Of a stretch of 32,000 bases of DNA, positions 1 through 7,871 are shown one piece after another. A program made the position numbers and the translations under genes. The stretch is from Allobaculum fili (GTDB lineage: Bacteria > Bacillota_I > Bacilli_A > Erysipelotrichales > Erysipelotrichaceae), in NCBI RefSeq assembly GCF_020969955.1, contig NZ_JAHDSX010000007.1, positions 1 to 32,000 of the forward strand. Direction: 5' to 3'. The number at the start of each line of letters is the position of its first letter. Position 1 is the stretch's first letter. The notes beneath the pieces are model-generated. The model was not told the origin of the DNA. It saw only the letters and a program-made list of their open reading frames with translations, and did not search any database.

Positions 1-932
1 ATCTGCCCTAGAAAGCCGCAGCAGCCTTCGATCACTCCCTCGAAGTTATACATCTCATGATCGAAGGCAAGCTTGGCATTCCGATGAAGCGGGTTGAAAT
101 AATGAAGCTGCGGGCAGTCTTTAAGGATTTCTTCGATCGATTTGACGGGAAATCCCTTATCTCCAACCATTATTCCGCTTTGAATGCCATTCTGTTTCAC
201 AAAACTGTCATAGAAAGTCAGGTCGAGCATATTGCCGGGAAAGCACTGCGAACAGATGGGTTCCATTTTTTCCAGATCAAAAGCATAGAGTACGGAAATA
301 TCCCGTCTTCCTTTCAGTCTGGCTTTTCTGGAAAATTCCGAAAGCGTGTTTTGCCTGGAATCGTTCGACTTCAGTGTTCCATCGATCAGAAGATGATCAT
401 CAATCCCAACTTTAGCTGCCCGGTTTTTCATGAACTTCAGAATTCGGTTACACGTTTTTCCAAGATCTTTTTGAAATATGCTGATCGTATTCTTGCTCAT
501 TGCGGTTTCAGGCATCAGTTCTGTCAGAAATGATTCATCGCAACTCTCTTTGAGTTCGCAGTCTTTGATATGCGGATAGCAGACGCGAAGAATGGCCATG
601 CACAGAATCTTATCTGCATCCTGACGATTATAGACCTGAAGCAGTTCATCCAACAGGTCAGCGGACAGCCTGAAACAGAGTTCAACATTGGCCCAGTCCC
701 TGAGAACCGTCTCAGATGTATGAACAGCAGAGGAAGACGGTTCTTCAAGAGGTACGAACTTACCGTTAATAATGTGGCCGATGGTAGGGCCATCGACCGG
801 ATAACAATGGCCGTTCTTGCGGACACAGCCGACTCGCTGCTTGACAGCGTATCGATCCTTGTTTTTTCCATAGGCATAGACAATCGAATTTTTGGGACGT
901 GGGACGGCACGAATCTCAGCTGGGACAGACAT
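1..932 (-). CDS. IS-element DDE transposase, N-terminal ~310 codons; the 3' end lies beyond the left window edge
   Basis: Not in the supplied ORF track because it has no stop inside the window. I checked the reverse strand codon by codon: it is open from ATG 932-930 down to nt 1. AAGGAG (939-944) sits 6 nt upstream. Translation: MSVPAEIRAVPRPKNSIVYAYGKNKDRYAVKQRVGCVRKNGH...DDHLLIDGTLKSNDSRQ...GIMVGDKGFPVKS... The D-G-T and D-K-G-F blocks resemble IS4/IS1634-type DDE transposases; the family is not resolved. Track ORFs 57-533+, 570-953+ and 524-910- are other frames of this gene. Confidence 0.75.
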   Translation of the reverse strand, partial: MSVPAEIRAVPRPKNSIVYAYGKNKDRYAVKQRVGCVRKNGHCYPVDGPTIGHIINGKFVPLEEPSSSAVHTSETVLRDWANVELCFRLSADLLDELLQVYNRQDADKILCMAILRVCYPHIKDCELKESCDESFLTELMPETAMSKNTISIFQKDLGKTCNRILKFMKNRAAKVGIDDHLLIDGTLKSNDSRQNTLSEFSRKARLKGRRDISVLYAFDLEKMEPICSQCFPGNMLDLTFYDSFVKQNGIQSGIMVGDKGFPVKSIEEILKDCPQLHYFNPLHRNAKLAFDHEMYNFEGVIEGCCGFLGQ

Positions 933-1097
933 TTTTGGCTCCTTTTCGTATAGTGTATTTATATCTGTCTTATATCATTAAATAATCTATACAGGGAGGA
1001 TTTTTATAATAAAAATGAAATTTCTCAGAATCAAATTGATTTACGATTTTTGCTTAATAATGCTTGTTAATCGCATGTCTGGTCATGAAGCCAGGCA

Positions 1098-1130
1098 GAA
1101 TTAAAAGAGAGCCTCGAAAAAAGGCTCTCT
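1098..1130 (-). terminator. Hairpin plus T-rich tail, second of two candidate terminators downstream of the adhesin gene
   Basis: Perfect 8-bp stem AGAGAGCC (1106-1113) / GGCTCTCT (1123-1130). On the minus strand it is followed by TTTTAATT. Confidence 0.4.
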
Positions 1131-1144
1131 AATGAGATAAAGTT

Positions 1145-1178
1145 TCAAAAACGAGCGATTAGTATAGTTAAGCTCGTT
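1145..1178 (-). terminator. Candidate rho-independent terminator of the adhesin gene
   Basis: 7-bp stem AACGAGC (1150-1156) / GCTCGTT (1172-1178) with a 15-nt loop. On the minus strand the stem runs into TTTTTGAAACTTT. It lies ~100 nt after the stop at 1274. Confidence 0.45.
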
Positions 1179-1206
1179 GGGAAAGTTCTAATTAATTGTT
1201 TTTGTC

Positions 1207-1247
1207 AATTGAAAACTGGTCCAGTTGCGTAATTGAAAACTGATCCA
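1207..1247. repeat. Two direct copies of a 17-mer, AATTGAAAACTG(G/A)TCCA, at a 24-bp period
   Basis: Copies at 1207-1223 and 1231-1247, 16/17 identical, read directly from the sequence. They lie between the adhesin stop and its terminator hairpins. Confidence 0.9.
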
Positions 1248-1273
1248 CTTTGGAACTCCGCTCTTAAAGCTGG

Positions 1274-4200
1274 TTATTGGACGCGTTTCCGTAAATATAG
1301 AATCGTGCTTCCTGCTGCCGTAAAGAGAAGGATCCAGAACCAGACAAAAGTCAGATTTCCTGTATTTGGCGGCCAAGCGGGCTTTGGAGCGGCGGATTTA
1401 ACCATATTCACAAAGACAGGCTCTTTGTCATAGGTAACGGCTGCTGCCAGTTTTCCCGAGCTGTCTTTTTCAATTTTAACGTTCACTTTGAACTGCGACG
1501 AGTCGTATTCAATGCTGGTATCCTTTCCGGCCTTTTCACGAAGAATCAGTTCTTCTGTGCCTTCCTGGTCGAAAGCCAGCGGATCAAAGACAATCGATCC
1601 GTCCTTTTTGTTGGTGACGGTCTGAATGACGTTTCCATCGTGAACAAGTTCAAAGGAAAATGCCCCTTCCTTGAGGGTTCCGTTTTTCAGCTGCTTTTTC
1701 GCGGCGACTGCAACCCTTACCGGCTCGGTCGCGGAGGATGTATACACATTATGAAATGGGAGATTCTGCGGCCAGACGACGGAAATAGTCAGTGCACCTT
1801 CCTTAAGGGACACATTGTAGCTCCACTTGAGCAGGGTGCTGTCGTAGTGAATATTTTGATCCTCTCCGGCATTTTCCTGCAGGGTGATTTCGTAATGACC
1901 GGGCTTTACAAAGCGAAGTTCCTTGCCGAAAAAGGCAATATCGCCATTGGCCGCATTGGTAACTTCCTGCGGACTGTCCCATAAATTGCCGTCGACGAAT
2001 ACGCCATCCGCGACGTCCGTTTTCAGACTCCAGGTAAAATGGAATTCATTTTCTTCGAGTGTTTTGCCGCTCAGTTCCTTTGTACCAAACGGGAGCGCAT
2101 CGGCAACAGCGGGAATCGCGGCAATTGGATTTTCAAAAAGAATCTGATCGACCGGCTGATCATTGCGGAAGATTCTGGGCTGCTGAGCAGTAAGCACGCC
2201 CTGTCCGTTATCGACTACATCGATTTCAATTCGATATTTGGCCGAATCAAACTGCAGAGCTTCCTGCGGATAACCGGAGACGGCAGGGAGTTCTTCCAGC
2301 TGGTATACATAAGTTCCAGCCTTGTGGAACGTCTGATTTTTCAAAATATCAAAGGCGCCTTGAGGCGAATACAAAACGCTTTGTACCCCTTTTGGATCCG
2401 TCATCAGAAAACGGAAGATCGCATCTTCGATTCCAGAATCCGCTGTGGAGGAGAGAACAATTTTTCCTCCAGTTAGGGAAACGGCACTCTGTTCATCGAA
2501 CTGCGGCGCATAGAGATTTTCAAACTGAAGCGCGTTCGCGTCGTAGTCGGCGTGATTGAGATACGTAATATGCGCCTGCAAACTGGCGGTTCGCGTATCA
2601 AGAGCTACTTCGGCCATCACATAATGAAGACTCGCATCCTGTTCAATGGCCGGCGAATGGGTTGGATCTTCCTGAATCTGGAAGAAGTAGCGTCCCGGCT
2701 TTAAAAACTGAATGTTTTCAAAGGAAAAGTCGGCTGGAGTGCCGTTTTCTGCAGCTCCAGAATAGACGGGATCCGAGATCTGAATGCTTTTGTCTGCAAT
2801 CGCCTGGATCGTTTCCGGATTTGCACCGGAAAGAGTAAACGAGAATTCATTGGCTGCCATATCGCGTCCCTGCAACGTTTTCTCACCCTGGATCGATGCG
2901 ATGGCTGGGGAATACTCGTAATGGTTGGTCAGCACGGCCTGCTCTGGAGTGAGAGGCTGATGATCCTGCGTAAAATACTGTGGCGTGCAGACTACGGTTT
3001 CCGTGCCGTACACCAGTGCTCGGGTAACCACCACGTCCAGAAGAATCTTCTGATTGCTTGCCGACATGCCAGGAACAGCCGGGTTGAGGGACTCAATTGG
3101 ATCTTCGCTGATCTCGTAATGGTACGTCTTGCCGATGTGTGAAGAATCAAAGGAAATCGCCGGGAACTGCACTAGCGATCCGGCATTGGCAGCCTGAACG
3201 GACCCATTGGAAGTTCCCGCAGGCATCGGAGCGTCTTCATTGAGTGCGTGAAGGGTAAAGGAAAACGTAAATGCGTCAGGGGCGGCTATGCCACTTTGTT
3301 CGCTGTCTGAACCGTTTGGAAACGCTGCAATCTGTTTGGTGATGGAAGGACTGTACTGGGTTTCCTGCGCATTATACGCATTGGTAAATACGGCGGAACC
3401 GACTGCGTTCTGAACCGATTCGCCCTGATCATTTCGCAGCTGAATAATCTGGGGGGGGCCGACCTGCATCGTTCCGTTGCCGCCATCGGTTACCGTGATC
3501 TGCACCGCATACACGCTCAGGGAATTTGAGACGCCGGGAAGAGATTCTTCCGGTTCTTTTTCATAGATCGCGTAAATGTATTGACCGGGACGATCAAACG
3601 TAACCGATCCAAAGTCAAACGCTCTCGAAGCGTCCGATTCCTGAACGACCGCATTCGCTTTTTGCGGCAGCGGGGCGTTCGCCGGGGAAAGGGCACGGAC
3701 TTCAAAAGTAAAGGAATCGCCATTCTGCCAGTTTCTGCCGGTGAGGACTTTTTCGCCGCGCAGATAACTCTGATCCGGCGTCAGCGTTAATGGGCTCAGG
3801 GAATACGTATTCACAAAATGAATGGATGCGCGCGTACCCGGGATGAATTCAAGGGCTTCTGAGGAATTGCTGTCGCTTTCCTCCGTTTGACTTCCATGAA
3901 TCGTATGAACCGAGCAGGTGAAACCCGGAACAGGGGTTTCTTCGATTTGAAGGGAAGAATACAAAGGAACATTTTTAAGACGGATGGACTGTGTGCTGGA
4001 AAGTCTGAACGATGCTTTTCCGTTTGTGAACGACAGCTGATCGTCCTGATGCTCCGTATTTTCGATATCGATCTCTCCAGTAAAGGGAGTTCCATCCGGC
4101 TGAGTCAGTGTGGCTTCGTAAGTAAATACCGTATCGGGAGCGGGGTAATCGTCCTGGGAAAGCACGGTTTTTGAAATGGTGACGGAATGGTCGAGAGAGA

Positions 4201-6160
4201 GATCGAGCCGTCCGTTATTTCCAAGATACAGACGATAGGATGAACCGTCTGTTTCGCTCTCTTTTTCCAGTGTCGTAAGGTTTTTTTCGGTTTCGGTCGG
4301 ATTGTTTTCTTTAAGCGCGGTCTGTAACGCTGTAGGATCAGAATGTTCGGCATTATAAAACTCGTTTTCCGCTGCAGGGGTAAAGGAAGCCCAGGCTGCG
4401 CGACGGCTTTCCCATTGATTGGAAAAGAAACTGTACATGCTGATTTGCCGCGCGGTCGAGCTTTGGGCATGGGTGTTCAACCAGTTGACCGATTCCAGCG
4501 AGCTATCGTTTTTGATTCCTTTTAAAGCATCTTTCATAGAAATATTCAGGCTCGCCGTTGTCTGCACGGAAATCGGAATCGCATAAGTGACTTGTGCCGA
4601 ATCGCTCATGTTTTCTTTTTCCGGCAGGGACGTGCGCGCATACACATCAAGTGGAAGAAGGACTGCCGGAATCTGGGTTTCGAGAATATCGCCAATTCCG
4701 TGCTGTCCTTTGGTGATCGTCACCTTGATATCGGACAGATTGGCCATGACGCCTGATGCGTTAGTCGGCACTTGCCCAGAGAAGCGATAGAAAACAACAT
4801 TTCCATTTGCACTTTGCGAGACAGGAGAATATTCCTGCCCGTTTACCGAAAGGATGGGATCGTCATACTGCATCCACTCACCGGCTTCGTCGTGCAGGGT
4901 GATATACCCGGAACTTTCTGGAGCGTTCGGATCGGTCTGGGTCGGATAGCCGCTTCCGCCGTCCATCGTCTGGAAAACAAAGTCAAAGGCGGCTTCCAGA
5001 TCGGCTGGATTGTCGGCGCTCATATAATACTGATCGGAAGAGCGCGGCCCGAGGTCTTCGGAATACAGGGTGGCGTCCGGAAAGTTCGAAGAAACCGCCT
5101 GCATGAAGCGGTTTGTATTTTCCTGGCCATTGACCAGCGCAACGTCGACATTGGGATCAGCACCAGGGAAAATGCCGATCGAATAGATCCTGGCTCCGGA
5201 TTTTCGAATGCTGCTGGCCGCCGAAACCGCTTCGTTGGCGATGGAACGGGTGAAACCGTAACCGTTCGAGGGCATGCCGTCGGTAAAAAAGATGACGATC
5301 TTGCTGCGGCCGTCCTGCTGGGATTCCTGAATCATTTTCTCGCCTTCCTGGAGGCCAAGGTTGCAGTAGGTAACGCCTTGGACCGAAAGCGCGTTAACGC
5401 AGTTCCGAAGGGACTGTATATCGCTGGTCAAAGGGATTTCCACCTTTGCATCATCGTTATACGTAATAATTCCGAGATTGGATTTCAGGGAATTCTCCCC
5501 GATCTCGCTGTTTGATTTTTCCAGACTGTTGATAAACAGATTCACGGAATCTTTCATGGCTTCAATACGCGTCATTCCGGAATCGTTATAGCTGGCTATC
5601 ATGCTTCCAGAAGTGTCGAGAACCATGACAACATCTACCGGATTGCTTAAAAGACCGGTAACGTTCGTCCAGCTTGAAAGCGCGGAGAGCGATACGTCAA
5701 ACGAGGAATCTTCCGGCTGACTGGCCGTATGCAGCTGGACGTTTTTGGAAACAAGAATTTCCCCGATCCTCGACATGGACGTCTGCAGAGAACTGTACGG
5801 ATCTGCGGACATGGAAAAAGAAATCGTATGATCGGCATTACAGCCGCTTGCCGCTTCGCGGGGCGTCAGAACGCGTTCACCGCCTGCAAAGCTGCCGGCC
5901 GAAGGCGAGGATCCTTCTGCATCGTGATCCGCTTGCTGTGTCGTTTCCATAGTCTGCGAAACCTTTGCGGATGAGAAGTTCGTTTCCTGCGCATGAGAGG
6001 GAACGATGGAAACGCCGTATCCCAGACAAAGCGCAAAAATGACCAGCCAGGAAAGCATCCAGTGCAGGAAACCGGATTGTTTTTGCCTTCGCTTTTTGTA
6101 AAAGACCTTTTGGGACTGATCTTTACCATATACATGTTTTTGATTGTTCCACCGCTTCAT
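1274..6160 (-). CDS. Cell-wall-anchored surface adhesin: signal peptide, vWFA (MIDAS) domain, about six Spy0128/FctA-type pilin isopeptide domains, and a (S/P)PxTG-type sortase signal
   Basis: The track ORF is 1274-6193. The preferred start is ATG 6160-6158 (MKRWNNQ...), preceded by AAGGGAGG with a 5-nt spacer. Signal/TM segment: WMLSWLVIFALCLGYGVSIVPSHAQE. MIDAS motif: VVMVLDTSGSM. Six repeats of the G-x-K-x-L-x-G-...-F-x-F type, e.g. GEKVLTGRNWQNGDSFTFEV, GEKTLQGRDMAANEFSFTL, GTKELSGKTLEENEFHFTW, AKKQLKNGTLKEGAFSFEL. C-terminus: PPNTG, then a hydrophobic stretch, then RKRVQ. Confidence 0.9.
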   Translation of the reverse strand: MKRWNNQKHVYGKDQSQKVFYKKRRQKQSGFLHWMLSWLVIFALCLGYGVSIVPSHAQETNFSSAKVSQTMETTQQADHDAEGSSPSAGSFAGGERVLTPREAASGCNADHTISFSMSADPYSSLQTSMSRIGEILVSKNVQLHTASQPEDSSFDVSLSALSSWTNVTGLLSNPVDVVMVLDTSGSMIASYNDSGMTRIEAMKDSVNLFINSLEKSNSEIGENSLKSNLGIITYNDDAKVEIPLTSDIQSLRNCVNALSVQGVTYCNLGLQEGEKMIQESQQDGRSKIVIFFTDGMPSNGYGFTRSIANEAVSAASSIRKSGARIYSIGIFPGADPNVDVALVNGQENTNRFMQAVSSNFPDATLYSEDLGPRSSDQYYMSADNPADLEAAFDFVFQTMDGGSGYPTQTDPNAPESSGYITLHDEAGEWMQYDDPILSVNGQEYSPVSQSANGNVVFYRFSGQVPTNASGVMANLSDIKVTITKGQHGIGDILETQIPAVLLPLDVYARTSLPEKENMSDSAQVTYAIPISVQTTASLNISMKDALKGIKNDSSLESVNWLNTHAQSSTARQISMYSFFSNQWESRRAAWASFTPAAENEFYNAEHSDPTALQTALKENNPTETEKNLTTLEKESETDGSSYRLYLGNNGRLDLSLDHSVTISKTVLSQDDYPAPDTVFTYEATLTQPDGTPFTGEIDIENTEHQDDQLSFTNGKASFRLSSTQSIRLKNVPLYSSLQIEETPVPGFTCSVHTIHGSQTEESDSNSSEALEFIPGTRASIHFVNTYSLSPLTLTPDQSYLRGEKVLTGRNWQNGDSFTFEVRALSPANAPLPQKANAVVQESDASRAFDFGSVTFDRPGQYIYAIYEKEPEESLPGVSNSLSVYAVQITVTDGGNGTMQVGPPQIIQLRNDQGESVQNAVGSAVFTNAYNAQETQYSPSITKQIAAFPNGSDSEQSGIAAPDAFTFSFTLHALNEDAPMPAGTSNGSVQAANAGSLVQFPAISFDSSHIGKTYHYEISEDPIESLNPAVPGMSASNQKILLDVVVTRALVYGTETVVCTPQYFTQDHQPLTPEQAVLTNHYEYSPAIASIQGEKTLQGRDMAANEFSFTLSGANPETIQAIADKSIQISDPVYSGAAENGTPADFSFENIQFLKPGRYFFQIQEDPTHSPAIEQDASLHYVMAEVALDTRTASLQAHITYLNHADYDANALQFENLYAPQFDEQSAVSLTGGKIVLSSTADSGIEDAIFRFLMTDPKGVQSVLYSPQGAFDILKNQTFHKAGTYVYQLEELPAVSGYPQEALQFDSAKYRIEIDVVDNGQGVLTAQQPRIFRNDQPVDQILFENPIAAIPAVADALPFGTKELSGKTLEENEFHFTWSLKTDVADGVFVDGNLWDSPQEVTNAANGDIAFFGKELRFVKPGHYEITLQENAGEDQNIHYDSTLLKWSYNVSLKEGALTISVVWPQNLPFHNVYTSSATEPVRVAVAAKKQLKNGTLKEGAFSFELVHDGNVIQTVTNKKDGSIVFDPLAFDQEGTEELILREKAGKDTSIEYDSSQFKVNVKIEKDSSGKLAAAVTYDKEPVFVNMVKSAAPKPAWPPNTGNLTFVWFWILLFTAAGSTILYLRKRVQ
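3451..3458. repeat. G8 (coding-strand C8) homopolymer inside the adhesin CDS
   Basis: ctGGGGGGGGcc is read directly from the sequence. It encodes GGC CCC CCC CAG, the VGPPQ segment of the adhesin. Confidence 0.95.
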
Positions 6161-6263
6161 AAAAGCCTCCCTTACTGTCATGGCTGTCCACATGCTCTCA
6201 TCTGAAATGTATCATTTTGAAAAAATACAATCCGTTGCGGTGACTAAGATATTTAAATGAGAC

Positions 6264-6294
6264 ATTATGATCCGAAACAGTAAGAAACTGTCAA
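6264..6294 (-). promoter_or_regulatory. Candidate sigma-A promoter for the adhesin gene
   Basis: Minus strand reads TTGACA (6294-6289), then 18-19 nt, then (T)CATAAT (6270-6264). This is ~100 nt upstream of the ATG at 6160. The spacer is longer than optimal. Confidence 0.3.
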
Positions 6295-6370
6295 AAATGT
6301 TGAATTATTCAGCAAACTGAACGTGTTACGTCAATGCCATTCGGTTAACTTAATGACATTGTACTTCGAT

Positions 6371-6413
6371 GAAAAAAACGGAAGAACGTGAACGAGTAAT
6401 GTTCAGTTCTTCC
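6371..6413 (-). terminator. Rho-independent terminator of the TrxR-like gene
   Basis: Minus strand reads GGAAGAACTGAAC-ATTACTC-GTTCACGTTCTTCC followed by GTTTTTTTC (plus-strand A-run 6372-6378). A second hairpin at 6440-6468 contains the perfect 16-bp palindrome ATTTGAAATTTCAAAT (6446-6461). Confidence 0.7.
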
Positions 6414-6484
6414 GATTCGTCTTTTCGTCAATGGAAGAGCGAGCAATTTGAAATTTCAAATCCGCTCGGCAAATGTCCGAATCC

Positions 6485-7381
6485 TTAGTTTTTGAGACTG
6501 GCAGAAATCGCCGCAATGGCTCCATCGCTTGCTGCGGTTACAACCTGACGCACTTTTTTCGCCCGAATATCTCCGATGGCATAAACGCCGTCCAGATTGG
6601 TTTCCATCGATTCATCGGTTAGAATGTAGCCGGCTTCATCGGTTTTCACGCCTTTGAAAAGCGGGGAATTTGGAATGGCACCCGCATAAACGAAAATACC
6701 GGCACCTGGATCGGTAATAATACGCTCCGATCCATCGTTCAGATCGGTCAGGGTGAGAGTGTCGACTTGTTCGTTTCCGCTCACTTCAGTAAGGGCGCTG
6801 TGGGCAATGACTTCAATGCGGTCGTTATCGGCGACTTTTTCACGGAACTCAGCAATACAGGCCAGAGCCGGTTCAATGCAGACCAGATAAACCTTATTCG
6901 CAAATTCGGAAAGATACAGTGCTTCTTTCACGGCCCCGTCTGCACCGCCAATAACATAAACATCTTTACCGGCATACGTTTTGGCATCTCTCGGCGCGTT
7001 CAGATACATGCCTGGATTGTCTTCACCGGGAATGCCCAGTTTCTTCTTTGTTCCGCCGGCCGCAATGATTACGACGGGAGCGGTATATGTATTCTGCTCG
7101 GTCACTACCGTTTTCATTGGCTGATCGAGTTTTGTATCGATAACTTTTTCCTCAACGACTTCCACGTTGTAGCGATCTGCCTGATCCTGCATGCGCTTCG
7201 CAAATTCTGCACCGGTTTCCTGGTCCAGAACGCCTTCGTAATGGGTAATGCAGGAGACGTTCTTAATGAGGCCGCCTACACCGTTTTCATCCAGGACAAC
7301 AACGTCCCTGCCGCGGCTTTTCGCATAAACAGCAGCGCTGATTCCCGCAGGACCTGCGCCGACAATAATCATATCGTACAT
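6485..7381 (-). CDS. FAD/NAD(P)-dependent oxidoreductase, thioredoxin-reductase-like, lacking the redox CxxC
   Basis: 298 aa. N-terminal FAD fold IIVGAGPAGISAAVYA, second dinucleotide fold VYVIGGADGAVKEALYLS, C-terminal GVYAIGD. GGAGG lies 7 nt upstream of the ATG. The only cysteines are C44, C168 and C174 (CIEPALAC), so there is no CxxC. Confidence 0.85.
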   Translation of the reverse strand: MYDMIIVGAGPAGISAAVYAKSRGRDVVVLDENGVGGLIKNVSCITHYEGVLDQETGAEFAKRMQDQADRYNVEVVEEKVIDTKLDQPMKTVVTEQNTYTAPVVIIAAGGTKKKLGIPGEDNPGMYLNAPRDAKTYAGKDVYVIGGADGAVKEALYLSEFANKVYLVCIEPALACIAEFREKVADNDRIEVIAHSALTEVSGNEQVDTLTLTDLNDGSERIITDPGAGIFVYAGAIPNSPLFKGVKTDEAGYILTDESMETNLDGVYAIGDIRAKKVRQVVTAASDGAIAAISASLKN

Positions 7382-7745
7382 AAATAAACCTCCGCTTCTG
7401 CCCCCAAACCCGCAAAAAATAAGAATCCTGAGCGGTCAGCTCGAGAAGAAGTTTTGCCGGGAGCAGATTCATCTATATTTTATAAGCGGGGAACAGGTGG
7501 AGCTTGTAATCTGCTCATGTCTGTTTTGACCTGCAAAGGAATGAAAAAGGGAGCGGGGAAGAAAGAATCAGACTCAAATTCTATGTTTATTCCATCGCCT
7601 TCCTGGTTCGAAATAATCGAATACCTGGTTTTAATGGGGAAGGGTAACGAATACATAAAAATGCCAGAGAGAAAAGCGAGATCCGTCTTTTCCGTCTGGC
7701 GTTTTCGCGTTGAAATAGATTGCCTTCAATCCAATTGTTTACGCA

Positions 7746-7871
7746 GCTGGCGCAATTACGTTAAAAAGCGCTAAGTTCGACTTCGTTCGTGAATCTGTTC
7801 TGGATCTGCTGGCGCAATTTCGTTTAAAAAGCGCTGAAGTTCGGCTTCGTTCGCAAATCCGTTCTGGATCT
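7746..7871. repeat. Imperfect tandem duplication (62 + 64 bp) spanning the anti-sigma stop codon
   Basis: Copy A is 7746-7807 (gctggcgcaattacgttaaaaagcgctaagttcgacttcgttcgtgaatctgttctggatct). Copy B is 7808-7871 (gctggcgcaatttcgtttaaaaagcgctgaagttcggcttcgttcgcaaatccgttctggatct). By eye they are ~85% identical with 2 single-nt indels. Confidence 0.9.

Noticed and set aside
57-953. Track ORFs 57-533+, 570-953+ and 524-910- at the left end.
   Set aside because: A fourth frame (minus strand, ATG 932-930) is open to the window edge, has a strong RBS and reads as a DDE transposase. The listed ORFs are alternative frames with unconvincing composition.
1016-1105. 29-codon plus-strand ORF (MKFLRIKLIYDFCLIMLVNRMSGHEARQN) downstream of an AGGGAGGA.
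   Set aside because: The SD-like sequence is 14 nt from the ATG, which is too far. The region is AT-rich IS/terminator spacer and the peptide has no recognisable features.
6161-6193. N-terminal extensions implied by the longest-ORF coordinates: adhesin 6193, anti-sigma 8946, gltD 11227, asnB 17388, type III GS 19619, PTS 19982, GH13 28427.
   Set aside because: In each case an internal ATG has a proper Shine-Dalgarno sequence and yields the canonical family N-terminus (e.g. MC... for AsnB, MSKKYEQL for EIIB). The extension would also overlap the upstream gene or leader.
7454-7774. 106-aa plus-strand ORF in the gap between the TrxR-like and anti-sigma genes.
   Set aside because: No RBS and an odd composition. 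It runs through promoter-like AT-rich sequence and ends inside the tandem duplication, so I treat it as non-coding.
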